Assembly (NCBI GenBank): GCA_902527485.1 | Contig: CABZPB010000001.1 | Coordinates: 1-53,434, forward strand | From: an uncultured Pelagibacteraceae bacterium | GTDB lineage: Bacteria; Pseudomonadota; Alphaproteobacteria; Pelagibacterales; Pelagibacteraceae | Direction: 5' to 3' | Length of the DNA: 53,434 bases | In this document: piece after piece, positions 26,734-36,229 of the stretch | Layout: each line of letters starts with the position of its first letter | How positions within the stretch are numbered: position 1 is the stretch's first letter | Translations under genes and position numbers: made by a program | Notes under the pieces: generated by a model | What the model saw: only the letters and a program-made list of their open reading frames with translations | The model's database searches: none | What the model was told of the DNA's origin: nothing

Positions 26734-27744
26734 ATGTTAAAAAAAATATCTTTATATTTAACTTCATTAGTTTTTGTTTTTACTACTATTGGTTCTGCTT
26801 ATGCTGTTACGCTAAAAGCAAGTCACCAATGGCCTGGAACACCAAGAGCTGATGGATCTTTCGACCCACGTCATGAAATGGTGCAAATCATTGCTGACGA
26901 GGTAAAAAAAGCAAATGTTGGAATAGATATCAGAATTTATCCAGCTAAATCATTATACAAACCTAAAGAACAGTGGAAACCAATGACAACTGGTCAATTG
27001 GATATTTCTGCTTTTCCATTAGCTTATGCATCTAAGTTCCATCCAGAATTTGATGCAACTTTAATGCCAGGAACTGTTAAAAATCATGATCATGCATTGA
27101 GATTCAATAAAGGTCCGATGATGACTGAAATTAAAAGAATTATTAACGATGCTGGTGTAGTAGTTTTATCTGATGCATGGTTAGGTGGTGGTTTTGCTTC
27201 AAAGTCAAAATGTATAAAAAATCCTAGTGATGCAAAAGGTCAAGTTATGAGAGCTGCGGGTAAAGCATTTAACCAAATGTTAGAAGCAGCTGGTGCTGGT
27301 ATTCAAAGTATGCCATCATCAGAGATTTACACAGGTTTACAAACTGGTGTATTAACTGGTGCGAATACTAGTTCAGGAAGTTTTGTAAGTTACAAAATTT
27401 ACGAACAAGTTTCGTGTGCAACTCCTCCAGGAAAATTTGGTCTATGGTTTATGTATGAACCAATTTTGATGTCAAAAAAATCTTTTGACGCACTAAATTC
27501 TAAGCAACAAAAAGCTTTAATGAAAGCTGGTAAAGTTGCTGAGAAATACATGACAGCTCAAGTAGAAAACTTAGATAAAAAGTTTGAAGATGCTTATAAA
27601 GCTGCAGGTGTAAAATTAGTATACATGTCTGAAAAAGACCATGCTGCATGGGTAGAGATTGCTAAGAAATCTTCTCACAAAGCATTTGCTGATAAAGTTC
27701 CAGGTGGCGATAAGCTGATGGAAATGGCTTTAGCAGTTAAATAA
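26734..27744 (+). CDS. dctP: TRAP transporter substrate-binding protein (DctP family)
   Basis: Signal peptide ending AYA, KGQVMRAAG (conserved Arg) and EIYTGLQTGV. Start moved to the SD-preceded ATG. Confidence 0.9.
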   Translation: MLKKISLYLTSLVFVFTTIGSAYAVTLKASHQWPGTPRADGSFDPRHEMVQIIADEVKKANVGIDIRIYPAKSLYKPKEQWKPMTTGQLDISAFPLAYASKFHPEFDATLMPGTVKNHDHALRFNKGPMMTEIKRIINDAGVVVLSDAWLGGGFASKSKCIKNPSDAKGQVMRAAGKAFNQMLEAAGAGIQSMPSSEIYTGLQTGVLTGANTSSGSFVSYKIYEQVSCATPPGKFGLWFMYEPILMSKKSFDALNSKQQKALMKAGKVAEKYMTAQVENLDKKFEDAYKAAGVKLVYMSEKDHAAWVEIAKKSSHKAFADKVPGGDKLMEMALAVK

Positions 27745-27758
27745 AATAATATATAAAG

Positions 27759-27795
27759 AACCCCTATTTAATCTTATTAAATAGGGGTTTTTTTT
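27759..27795 (+). terminator. Intrinsic terminator between dctP and dctQ
   Basis: AACCCCTATTTAAT-CTT-ATTAAATAGGGGTT 14-bp stem, with a T run leading directly into ATG 27796. Confidence 0.8.
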
Positions 27796-28290
27796 ATGAA
27801 AAAAAAGTATCTTCAATTTTGTGATTTGATAGCTAAAGCATGTGGTGCTTTTGCTGTATTAGCATTGCTATTGTCAATATTGGTAATAGTGGAACTTGTT
27901 TTTGAAAGATATTTTTTTCAAAGAGCAATTACATGGCAAACAGAACTTGTCACCATGTTACTAGTTGCTTCAACTTTTATAGGGAGTGTATACGTTCTAA
28001 GTGAAAAAGCTCATGTGAGCATGGAATGGATTTACGATTTTTTATCAAAAAAAAATATTATTAGATTAAAAATTTTTACATCCTCAATAAGTTTACTTTT
28101 TTTCTTAATTTTATTTTATTTTGGATTTTTAATGTTCGAGGAAGCATTTACCAAAAATTACTCAACAGGAACTGTCTGGGATCCACCATTATGGATACCA
28201 TATTCATCAATGATGTTGGGGGCTTTGCTAATGATATTACAGTATATCGCAGAAATTATAAAATTAACTGATGAAGAGGATTTTAGTTAA
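27796..28290 (+). CDS. dctQ: TRAP transporter small permease
   Basis: Four TM segments; RYFF, W..EL, HVSME and PLWIPY motifs. Confidence 0.9.
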   Translation: MKKKYLQFCDLIAKACGAFAVLALLLSILVIVELVFERYFFQRAITWQTELVTMLLVASTFIGSVYVLSEKAHVSMEWIYDFLSKKNIIRLKIFTSSISLLFFLILFYFGFLMFEEAFTKNYSTGTVWDPPLWIPYSSMMLGALLMILQYIAEIIKLTDEEDFS

Positions 28291-29622
28291 ATGGATCCAT
28301 TGATTATAGCATTAATTGTAGCAGTTTTTACTTTATTGGTACTTTTTTCTGGAATTCCAATTGCTTTTGGTTTGAGTTTTGTTTCAATAGCTCTGTTAGT
28401 TACATTTGAAGGTTTTCAAATGCTAGACGTTTTTGCCGAAACATTTTTTGCAGGACTAAACTCTTTTGTTTTACTCTCTATACCAATGTTTATTTTAATG
28501 GGAATGGCCGTAGCTAATTCTCCAGCGGGAAAAGATTTGTATACAGGATTAGATAGATGGCTTTGGAGAGTGCCTGGAGGATTAGTAATTTCTAATATTG
28601 GAGCCTGCTCAGTTTTTGCAGCCTTGAGTGGATCTAGTCCTGCAACTTGTGCTGCGATCGGAACAATGGGAATACCCGAAATGAGAAAAAGGGGATATTC
28701 GGATCAGATTGCAACAGGAACTATCGCAGCTGGAGGAACTTTAGGAGTTTTAATTCCTCCAAGTATTGTTTTAATTGTTTATGGAATCGCAACTGGTACA
28801 TCTATTGGAAGATTATTTTTATGTGGTCTTGTGCCAGGTTTTATGTTAGCAGGAATGTTTGCGATATGGGCTCTAATACATAGTTATTTTATTGATAAAG
28901 ATGCAGCAAAAGCTCTAAGAAATAGAATAAGACCAACTCTAAAGGAAAAACTCGAAGTTTTACCAAGAATTTTACCTTTCTTAGCAATCATAGCTGGTGT
29001 TTTGTATGTACTTTATGGAGGAGTTGCAACACCATCCGAGGCATCTGGAGTAGGAGCATTTTTAGTTTTTGTATTAATTGCTGTTGTTTACAAAATTTAT
29101 CAGCCAAAAAAGATTTGGAACATTGTTAAAGTCTCAATGAAAGAAAGCGTAATGATAATGTTCATTATTGCTGCCTCTTATCTTTTTGCATTTACTCTTT
29201 CACAACTGTATGTAACTCAGTCTTTAGCACAGAGCATGGTCGAATTAAGCTCTAACAAATGGGTTGTGTTCATGTTGATAAACATATTTCTTTTAATAGC
29301 TGGTTTCTTTTTACCGCCTGTTGCGGTTATTGTAATGACTTCAGCTATATTATTACCTGTTATTACTACTTTAGGTTTTGACCCATACTGGTTTGCAATA
29401 GTATTTACAATTAATATGGAGATTGGCTTAATCACACCACCAGTTGGATTAAATCTTTATATTATAAAAGGAATTACCCCAGACGTTAGTTTGTCAGAAA
29501 TTTTAAAAGGATCTATACCGTTTATGATAATTATGGCTTTAGCCATAGTAATTTTATGTATTTTTCCTGAGATTGTTACATGGTTCCCTGATAAAATAAT
29601 GGGTAAAGACCTTGGATTCTAA
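28291..29622 (+). CDS. dctM: TRAP transporter large permease
   Basis: IPMFILMG, SGSSPAT, GGTLGVLIPPS, TPSEA and GLITPPVG motifs. Confidence 0.95.
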   Translation: MDPLIIALIVAVFTLLVLFSGIPIAFGLSFVSIALLVTFEGFQMLDVFAETFFAGLNSFVLLSIPMFILMGMAVANSPAGKDLYTGLDRWLWRVPGGLVISNIGACSVFAALSGSSPATCAAIGTMGIPEMRKRGYSDQIATGTIAAGGTLGVLIPPSIVLIVYGIATGTSIGRLFLCGLVPGFMLAGMFAIWALIHSYFIDKDAAKALRNRIRPTLKEKLEVLPRILPFLAIIAGVLYVLYGGVATPSEASGVGAFLVFVLIAVVYKIYQPKKIWNIVKVSMKESVMIMFIIAASYLFAFTLSQLYVTQSLAQSMVELSSNKWVVFMLINIFLLIAGFFLPPVAVIVMTSAILLPVITTLGFDPYWFAIVFTINMEIGLITPPVGLNLYIIKGITPDVSLSEILKGSIPFMIIMALAIVILCIFPEIVTWFPDKIMGKDLGF

Positions 29623-30616
29623 AAAAGAAATAAATAGAAAAGTATCAGTTGCCCCAATGATGGATTGCACAGATAGGCATGATCGTTTCTTTTTAAGACT
29701 GATGAGCAAAAATGTAATGCTTTATACTGAGATGGTTGCTACAAAATCAGCAATTCACGGTGATCGAAAAAAAATTTTATCTTATAGTTCTGAAGAAAAA
29801 CCATTAGCTTTACAAGTTGGTGGGTCTGATAAAGAGGAATTAGCAGAAGTAGCTAAAATTGCTGAGGATATGGGTTACGATGAAATTAATATTAACCTCG
29901 GTTGCCCTAGCAAAAAAGTTCAAAAAAATAGATTTGGTGCATGTCTAATAAAAGAACCTGACTTGGTTGCTGAATGCATCAGTTCAATGGTGAATGCTTG
30001 CAAAATACCTGTTACGGCAAAGACAAGAATTGGTTTCGATGATATAGAAGAGTTTAATTATTTGAATAATTTTATCCACAAAATGAAAGATGCTGGTTCA
30101 AAAAGTTTTATTTTGCATGCAAGGAAAGCAATTTTAACTGGTCTATCTCCAAAACAAAATCTAAATATTCCAAAACTAAATTATAAAATGGTTTATGACA
30201 TTAAAAAAGAAAATCCTGATTTAGAAATAATTATAAATGGTGGAATTACAAAAGTTGAGGAAATTAAAAATCATTTAAAGTTTTGTGATGGTGTCATGAT
30301 AGGAAGATCAATTTATCAAAATCCATATTCTTTAATAGAAATTGAAAAAGAAATATTCAATACAGAAATGAGTCCAACACGGGAACAAGTGGTAGAAAAA
30401 CTTTTAGAGTATGTTGATAGAGAAGTAAAATTGGGAACAAAGATTAATCATATTATGAGACATACAGTAGGTTTATATCATGGACAAGTTGGTTCTAAAG
30501 AATGGAAAAGATATTTAAGTGATAATATGATGGCAAGAGACTCTGATTTTCAAAAAACAAAACATATCATGACTATTGTTCAGAATAATGAGAAAGCTAT
30601 TCAGGCTAATTCATAA
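29612..30616 (+). CDS. dusA: tRNA-dihydrouridine synthase A
   Basis: VAPMMDCTDRH, NINLGCPS, HARKAIL.GLSPKQN, INGG and GVMIGR motifs; start codon uncertain. Confidence 0.93.
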   Translation: MDSKKEINRKVSVAPMMDCTDRHDRFFLRLMSKNVMLYTEMVATKSAIHGDRKKILSYSSEEKPLALQVGGSDKEELAEVAKIAEDMGYDEININLGCPSKKVQKNRFGACLIKEPDLVAECISSMVNACKIPVTAKTRIGFDDIEEFNYLNNFIHKMKDAGSKSFILHARKAILTGLSPKQNLNIPKLNYKMVYDIKKENPDLEIIINGGITKVEEIKNHLKFCDGVMIGRSIYQNPYSLIEIEKEIFNTEMSPTREQVVEKLLEYVDREVKLGTKINHIMRHTVGLYHGQVGSKEWKRYLSDNMMARDSDFQKTKHIMTIVQNNEKAIQANS

Positions 30617-31452
30617 TGGAAACTTTGGACGTTAATGAAATTATAAATCTATTATTTGTTTTATCTATAGCGGCCTCAGTTGCTGGTTTCATGGCAGGTT
30701 TACTAGGTGTTGGTGGTGGAATTATAATAGTACCAGCACTTTATTATGCTTTTACTGTTTTAAATTTTGATATTGCAACAAGAATGCATCTTTCAGTTGG
30801 TACTTCTTTGGCCATCATAATTCCAACTTCAATTATATCAACGAAAACTCATATGGAGTATGATGCAGTCGATTTTAAGCTTATAAAATCTTTTGGTTTG
30901 TTTATTTTGTTAGGTGTAATTGGTGGAACATTTTTGGCTGTGAACTTAAAAACCCCAGCTTTCGTATTATTTTTTTCAATTATGGCTTTTATAGTTGGTC
31001 TATTTTTTATCTTTTTTAGGGAACAACTTTTAAAAAATCCAAAAACTATTTCAGACTCAGCTAAAAATATTTCTGGAGTTATTATAGGTTTTATATCTGT
31101 ACTGCTAGGTATTGGTGGTGGTTCATTAATGGTTCCTTTTATGAGAACTTTTGGTTACGATATAAGAAGATCAATTGGTACTGCTGCAGGAGTTGGGTTT
31201 TTGATTGCAGTTTTTGGCACCATTACTATGATTACTGGAGGAAAAATTGTTAACAATATTAGCACTCCTTACAGCATAGGATATGTAAATTTACTAGGGT
31301 TTTTAGTTTTTGTACCTGTAACCATGCTAATGGCTAGGGTAGGCGCAAAAGCAGTTTATAAAATCGAAAAAAATATTTTAAGTAAAATCTTTGGGATGTT
31401 TTTGATTGTTGTGTCGATTAGATCTTTTTATGAATATTTATCTATAAGTTAA
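30616..31452 (+). CDS. Sulfite exporter TauE/SafE family protein
   Basis: Repeated GLLGVGGG / LLGIGGG motifs and GTSL; hydrophobic. Confidence 0.88.
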   Translation: METLDVNEIINLLFVLSIAASVAGFMAGLLGVGGGIIIVPALYYAFTVLNFDIATRMHLSVGTSLAIIIPTSIISTKTHMEYDAVDFKLIKSFGLFILLGVIGGTFLAVNLKTPAFVLFFSIMAFIVGLFFIFFREQLLKNPKTISDSAKNISGVIIGFISVLLGIGGGSLMVPFMRTFGYDIRRSIGTAAGVGFLIAVFGTITMITGGKIVNNISTPYSIGYVNLLGFLVFVPVTMLMARVGAKAVYKIEKNILSKIFGMFLIVVSIRSFYEYLSIS

Positions 31453-31454
31453 TA

Positions 31455-33179
31455 ATGTCTGAAATTCTTAATAAAATTATAAACTACCTAAAAACTAACC
31501 AATTAGATAAAGCAATGAGCTTGTGTGAGGAAAGTAAGGAAAAAAAAAATGAGCACTTAATTACTAACATTAAAGGTGTCATTTTATTCAAACAAAAAAA
31601 ATATGAGCAAGCCAAAGCGGAATTTTTAAATTCAATTGATTTAGATCAAAAATTTTTAGATCCTCATAAAAATCTTTTTAAATTATATATAAAATTAGAA
31701 GATTTTAAATCTGCTATAGAAAGTGGTAAAAAGGTGATTCAGTTAGAAATTAGAAAAAATCCATTATCGTATTTTAATTTAGCTTTGGCTTACGATTTTA
31801 ATAATGATTTAAAAAAAGCAATAGAACTTTACAAATTAGTTGAAACTTTTGATTTTAAGGAAAAAAAAATCTTATTTAATAATTTAGCTAAATGTTATTT
31901 AAACAATAATAATATTTTTGAAGCTAAAAATTATTATCAAAAAGCACTAGAATTTGATCAAAATGATAAAGTAATACTAAATAATCTTTTAATTTTATAT
32001 TTGAGAATAGGTGAAAAGGATAAATCAGAATATTTCTATAAAAAAGCTAAAGCAATTGATGAAAACTATATTGAATTCAAATTAAATGAGTCTGAATATT
32101 TTTTTTGTAATAACAATCATCAAAAGTCAATTGAGATTTTACAATCAATAATAAATAAAACAAAAAATTATATTGCTTATACAAAACTAGCAAAAATTTA
32201 CTCAATGATAGATGAAAAAAAAAAAGCAATAGAAATAGTTGAAGAAGCTTTATCTATTTACCCAAATAAAAAAGATTTAAAACTCACAAGAGGTTTTATG
32301 CACTTAATAGATGGTGAATTTGAAAAGGGATGGGAACTTTATGAGTATAGAGAATCAATCAAAAAAGATATTTTAATTAGAAATATTAAATTATGGAAAG
32401 GCGAGGATTTAAAAGACTCAAATATTTTGGTGACATGTGAGCAAGGATTAGGAGACGTATTACAATTTTCAAAATTTTTATTTAATTTATCACCAATGTG
32501 TAAAAGTATCGATTTTTTGCTTTACGATAAGCTTGTGCCAATTTATCAAAAAAAAATTAATAATATAAGAATTTGTGAAAAAAAAGAAATTCAAGTTAAC
32601 AATTATGATTATACAATTTCCTTGGGTTCTTTAAACAAATATTTTTATCAAACAAAAAACTCAAAATCATCAGATCTTATAAATTTTGATAATGACCAAA
32701 AAGATAAATGGACTTCTATTCTAAAAAATAAAAAAAAGAAAATTGGTTTAGTTTGGTCAGGTAATTTCTTTGGGCCCAAAGAACCTTCTAGATCTATTGA
32801 ATTAAAGAATTTTCAAAAACTACTTGAATTAGATGTAAATTTTTACTCATTTCAAAATGAAATTTGGGATAGAGATAAGGAATTTTTTAACAGCTCAAAT
32901 ATTATAGATTTTAGTGAAAAAAACTTCTCTGAAATAATTGCTATTATTCAAAATTTAGACTTGGTAATTTCTACTGATACCTTTTTTTTACATTTATCTT
33001 GCATCTGTAACAAAGAGACATGGGGTTTGATTTCATTAAATGCTGACTGGAGATGGTACGAATATTATAAATATAACCCATATGAGACTTTAAAGATTTA
33101 TAGACAGAGTGATTATAAAAGTTGGAATAATATTATTCAAAATCTTAATACTGATCTCAAAAATAAATTTAATATTTAA
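31455..33179 (+). CDS. TPR-repeat protein with C-terminal glycosyltransferase-like (GT9-type) domain
   Basis: N-terminal TPR helices, then GWELYEYR, W.GEDL, EQGLGDVLQF, IGLVWSGN, LDLVISTDT...HL and DWRW. Confidence 0.82.
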   Translation: MSEILNKIINYLKTNQLDKAMSLCEESKEKKNEHLITNIKGVILFKQKKYEQAKAEFLNSIDLDQKFLDPHKNLFKLYIKLEDFKSAIESGKKVIQLEIRKNPLSYFNLALAYDFNNDLKKAIELYKLVETFDFKEKKILFNNLAKCYLNNNNIFEAKNYYQKALEFDQNDKVILNNLLILYLRIGEKDKSEYFYKKAKAIDENYIEFKLNESEYFFCNNNHQKSIEILQSIINKTKNYIAYTKLAKIYSMIDEKKKAIEIVEEALSIYPNKKDLKLTRGFMHLIDGEFEKGWELYEYRESIKKDILIRNIKLWKGEDLKDSNILVTCEQGLGDVLQFSKFLFNLSPMCKSIDFLLYDKLVPIYQKKINNIRICEKKEIQVNNYDYTISLGSLNKYFYQTKNSKSSDLINFDNDQKDKWTSILKNKKKKIGLVWSGNFFGPKEPSRSIELKNFQKLLELDVNFYSFQNEIWDRDKEFFNSSNIIDFSEKNFSEIIAIIQNLDLVISTDTFFLHLSCICNKETWGLISLNADWRWYEYYKYNPYETLKIYRQSDYKSWNNIIQNLNTDLKNKFNI

Positions 33180-33376
33180 TCAGTTCCCCACTTGATTTTG
33201 GTCCAAATTCTTTCGTGAAAATAGTAAAAAAATAGTGGAATTATTGATCCCACACCCAATATTCCAGCTCCTGTAAATGTACCAGTGTAAACATATCCAA
33301 AAATCACCCAGTAAACGAAAATAATAAATCTCCAAGAAAAAGTTTTAGCAATTGATCTAATTTTTTTATCTGCCAT
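33176..33376 (-). CDS. Small membrane protein, DUF2061-like
   Basis: RSIAKTFSWR ... YYFHERIW..IKWG, with two TM segments. Confidence 0.78.
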   Translation of the reverse strand: MADKKIRSIAKTFSWRFIIFVYWVIFGYVYTGTFTGAGILGVGSIIPLFFYYFHERIWTKIKWGTD

Positions 33377-33414
33377 AAAAAAAAGAGGTGATTTCAGTCT
33401 CCCTCCATCACCTC
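33377..33414 (-). other. GC-rich hairpin plus U8 tract directly before the DUF2061-like start codon (terminator or structured RNA candidate)
   Basis: Minus strand reads GAGGTGAT-GGAGGGAGACTGAA-ATCACCTC-TTTTTTTT-ATG. Confidence 0.65.
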
Positions 33415-33583
33415 ACTATTATAATTTAATTGATTCTTTAAAATTTTATGAACACTTAATAGTTGAATTTTGGAATTAATGATGTGAATTTGTTTGGTAT
33501 ATCAAAGTTTTCACTCAAAAATTGTACTCAATTTAACCACAACTTTAGTATGCAACAAACATAAAAAATTGGTATTTTATAAA

Positions 33584-34666
33584 ATGAGTAAAAAAAAGTT
33601 AAAAAAAAATACTCAAAATGATCTAAAAATTTTCAAATTTTCGCCAGAGAATATTATTGGTGGGACAAAAAAAAATATTGAAAATTTTTTCTATAACATA
33701 AAAAAAAGTAGAGAAAAAAATAAATTAAGAAGAGAAAAAGAAAAAAAAATACAAGAAAAAAAAGAAATTCAACAACAAAAGAAGCAAGCTCAGAGAGATA
33801 AAATAAATAAAGCTAAAGAAGAGAGGCTTCAAATATTAGCTCAAAAAAAATTAATTACAGAAAATGAGAAACAGATTCAAAAAAATGAGGAAAAAAGGAA
33901 AAATATTGAGGAGAAAAGATTAAAAATTGAACAACAAAAAATTAAGGATGAGGAAGCAAAAAAATTAAGAGAGGACGCAAGAAAACTTAAAGAGGAAGAG
34001 CTAAGTATCAAAATACTAGAAAGACAAAAAATTAGAGAAGAAAAAAACAGAATAAAATTGGAGGAAATAAAATCTAAAGAATTAGAGGCTCAAAAGCGAA
34101 GAGAGGAAAAGGAGAGGGAGAGACAAGAAAAAAATAGATTGAAAGACTTAGAAAGACAAAAAAGATTAGATGAGGAGCAAAAACTAAGAGAAGCTGCCAG
34201 AAAATTAAAATATGAAGAGGAAAAATTAAGAGAAACTGAAAATAGATTGAGACAACTTGAATTAGATAGAAAACAAGATCTAGAAAGGCAAATTTTAGAA
34301 GAACAAGCAGAACAGAGAGCTAAAGAAGAAGAGTTAAGGAAAAAAGAACAGCAAGTAAAGGCTGCAGAGGCTGAAAAATTATTAAAAGAAAAAGAGGAAA
34401 GAGAAAGAGATGAGGAAATAAGAAAAGAGCAGGAAAAACAAAGGCTTATTGATGAGGAAAGAGCAAAGTTTTTGAGAGAAAAGGATGAGGAAGAAGAAAG
34501 AATTAAAGAGGAAAACCGTAGAATAAAAGAATGGGAAGATAAATTTGATCAAGAACAAAGAGCTAGAGAGGAAGAATTAATTAAAAAATTTTATAGTAAC
34601 AATTCCAAACCATCAGAAACAGAAAATGGTACTAATGATAACAAAGATAAAGAGGACAAAAATTAA
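33584..34666 (+). CDS. Hypothetical E/K/R/Q-rich coiled-coil or single-alpha-helix protein
   Basis: Long open frame of charged residues, with no TM segment or signal peptide. ATG 33584 preferred over TTG 33494. Confidence 0.8.
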   Translation: MSKKKLKKNTQNDLKIFKFSPENIIGGTKKNIENFFYNIKKSREKNKLRREKEKKIQEKKEIQQQKKQAQRDKINKAKEERLQILAQKKLITENEKQIQKNEEKRKNIEEKRLKIEQQKIKDEEAKKLREDARKLKEEELSIKILERQKIREEKNRIKLEEIKSKELEAQKRREEKERERQEKNRLKDLERQKRLDEEQKLREAARKLKYEEEKLRETENRLRQLELDRKQDLERQILEEQAEQRAKEEELRKKEQQVKAAEAEKLLKEKEERERDEEIRKEQEKQRLIDEERAKFLREKDEEEERIKEENRRIKEWEDKFDQEQRAREEELIKKFYSNNSKPSETENGTNDNKDKEDKN

Positions 34667-36121
34667 TTAAATTTTTTGATCGTATTCTCCAATCTTACCA
34701 GTTTTCATTAATATTTTATCAATAAATCTAAAAATATTTAATTTCCTTTCATCTGAGGTTGGGCTTTCAGTCACTACAACCAAAGAAGGTTTGTTTGATG
34801 ACGCCCTAATCAAACCCCAAGAACCATCTTCAAAAGAAAATCTAACACCATTTACAGTTATAATCTCTTTTATTTCTTGATTATCTATTTTTATTTTATT
34901 ATCTTTAATTTTTTTAAACTCTTTTACCATTTCATCTACTACATTATATTTTTCTTCATCTTTACAAAAAGGTGCCATTGTTGGTGATTGGAAAGTAGTT
35001 GGAATTTCTTTTATTATTTCACTCATTTTTTTGTTTTGATTATTTAATAAACGACAGACTTGAATTGCTGAATTAATTCCATCGTCATAACCATAACCTA
35101 ACGGTTGATTGAAAAAAAAGTGTCCGCTTTTTTCAAATCCAGCTAAAGCTTTTTCATTATAAACTTTCCTTTTTATATGTGAATGACCAGTTTTCCAGTA
35201 TAGAGTTTCGCATTGATTTTCATTTAGAATTTTATCTGTTGAATAAAGACCTGTAGACTTTACATCTACAATAAATTTTGAATTTTTATGTGAGCTAGAT
35301 AAGTTTCTAGCAATTAATAATCCTATTTTATCAGAAAAAATTTCATTGCCTTCATTATCGATTACGCCAACTCGATCACCATCTCCGTCAAAACCAAAAC
35401 CTATATCAGCATTATTTTCTTTTACTGATTTAACTATAGCATGAAGCATTTCTAAATCCTCAGGATTTGGATTGTATTTTGGAAAATTCCAGTCTAAATC
35501 ACAATCTAGCTCGATTACCTCACACCCAATTCCTCTTAGTATGTCAGGAGCAAAAATACCTGCAGTACCATTACCACATGCAACCACAGCTTTTATTTTT
35601 TTTTTCAATTTATTTTTACTAATCAAATCCTCTTTATAAACTTTGTCAAAATTTTTTACTTTCTTTTCATTTCCATCACCCTTAGTAAAATTTTGATTTA
35701 AGGTGATTTCTTTTAATTCGTTCATCTCTTCTGGTGCGTGTGTTAATCCTTTTTTGATGCCCATTTTTACACCTGTCCAACCATTTTCATTATGACTAGC
35801 GGTCACCATCGCTATCGCATCAGCATTTAAATTAAATTGTGCAAAATAAACCATTGGAGATAAAGACAAACCTATATCTTCAATGAAACATCCAGTTGAA
35901 ATTAAACCTTTTTTCAAAGCGGTCTTTATTTTTTCACTATATGACCTATAATCATGTCCGACTATTACTCTAGGGTTATTTTTTTTAGTATGTTTTTTAA
36001 TTTGTGTCCCTAAGCCTTTTCCAAGATTCGTTATTCCTAGTTCATTAATGTCTTTTTCAAAGACCCAACGAGCATCATATTCACGGAATCCATAGGGGTC
36101 TATTTTTAATGTTTCAGACAT
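34667..36121 (-). CDS. Phosphomannomutase/phosphoglucomutase
   Basis: FREYDAR, VTASHN, FDGDGDR, EKSGH and RASSN motifs. Confidence 0.94.
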   Translation of the reverse strand: MSETLKIDPYGFREYDARWVFEKDINELGITNLGKGLGTQIKKHTKKNNPRVIVGHDYRSYSEKIKTALKKGLISTGCFIEDIGLSLSPMVYFAQFNLNADAIAMVTASHNENGWTGVKMGIKKGLTHAPEEMNELKEITLNQNFTKGDGNEKKVKNFDKVYKEDLISKNKLKKKIKAVVACGNGTAGIFAPDILRGIGCEVIELDCDLDWNFPKYNPNPEDLEMLHAIVKSVKENNADIGFGFDGDGDRVGVIDNEGNEIFSDKIGLLIARNLSSSHKNSKFIVDVKSTGLYSTDKILNENQCETLYWKTGHSHIKRKVYNEKALAGFEKSGHFFFNQPLGYGYDDGINSAIQVCRLLNNQNKKMSEIIKEIPTTFQSPTMAPFCKDEEKYNVVDEMVKEFKKIKDNKIKIDNQEIKEIITVNGVRFSFEDGSWGLIRASSNKPSLVVVTESPTSDERKLNIFRFIDKILMKTGKIGEYDQKI

Positions 36122-36174
36122 ATTGTTAATTACTTACATTTTTTTAACTTTTATAGTTGAAATATTTTTTAGAT

Positions 36175-36189
36175 GTTCTATAAATGTTC
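36175..36189. promoter_or_regulatory. Candidate alphaproteobacterial LexA (SOS) box
   Basis: GTTC-TATAAAT-GTTC is an exact GTTC-N7-GTTC, in the pmm/nrdA divergent region. Confidence 0.65.
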
Positions 36190-36229
36190 TATTGATTTAT
36201 AAGTTATATAGTATATTGATACAAAACGC

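Noticed and set aside
33494-34666. Calling the charged protein TolA or IF-2-like, and the TTG start at 33494
   Set aside because: No N-terminal TM helix, TolA C-domain or GTPase domain. The 30-codon extension is compositionally unlike the rest.
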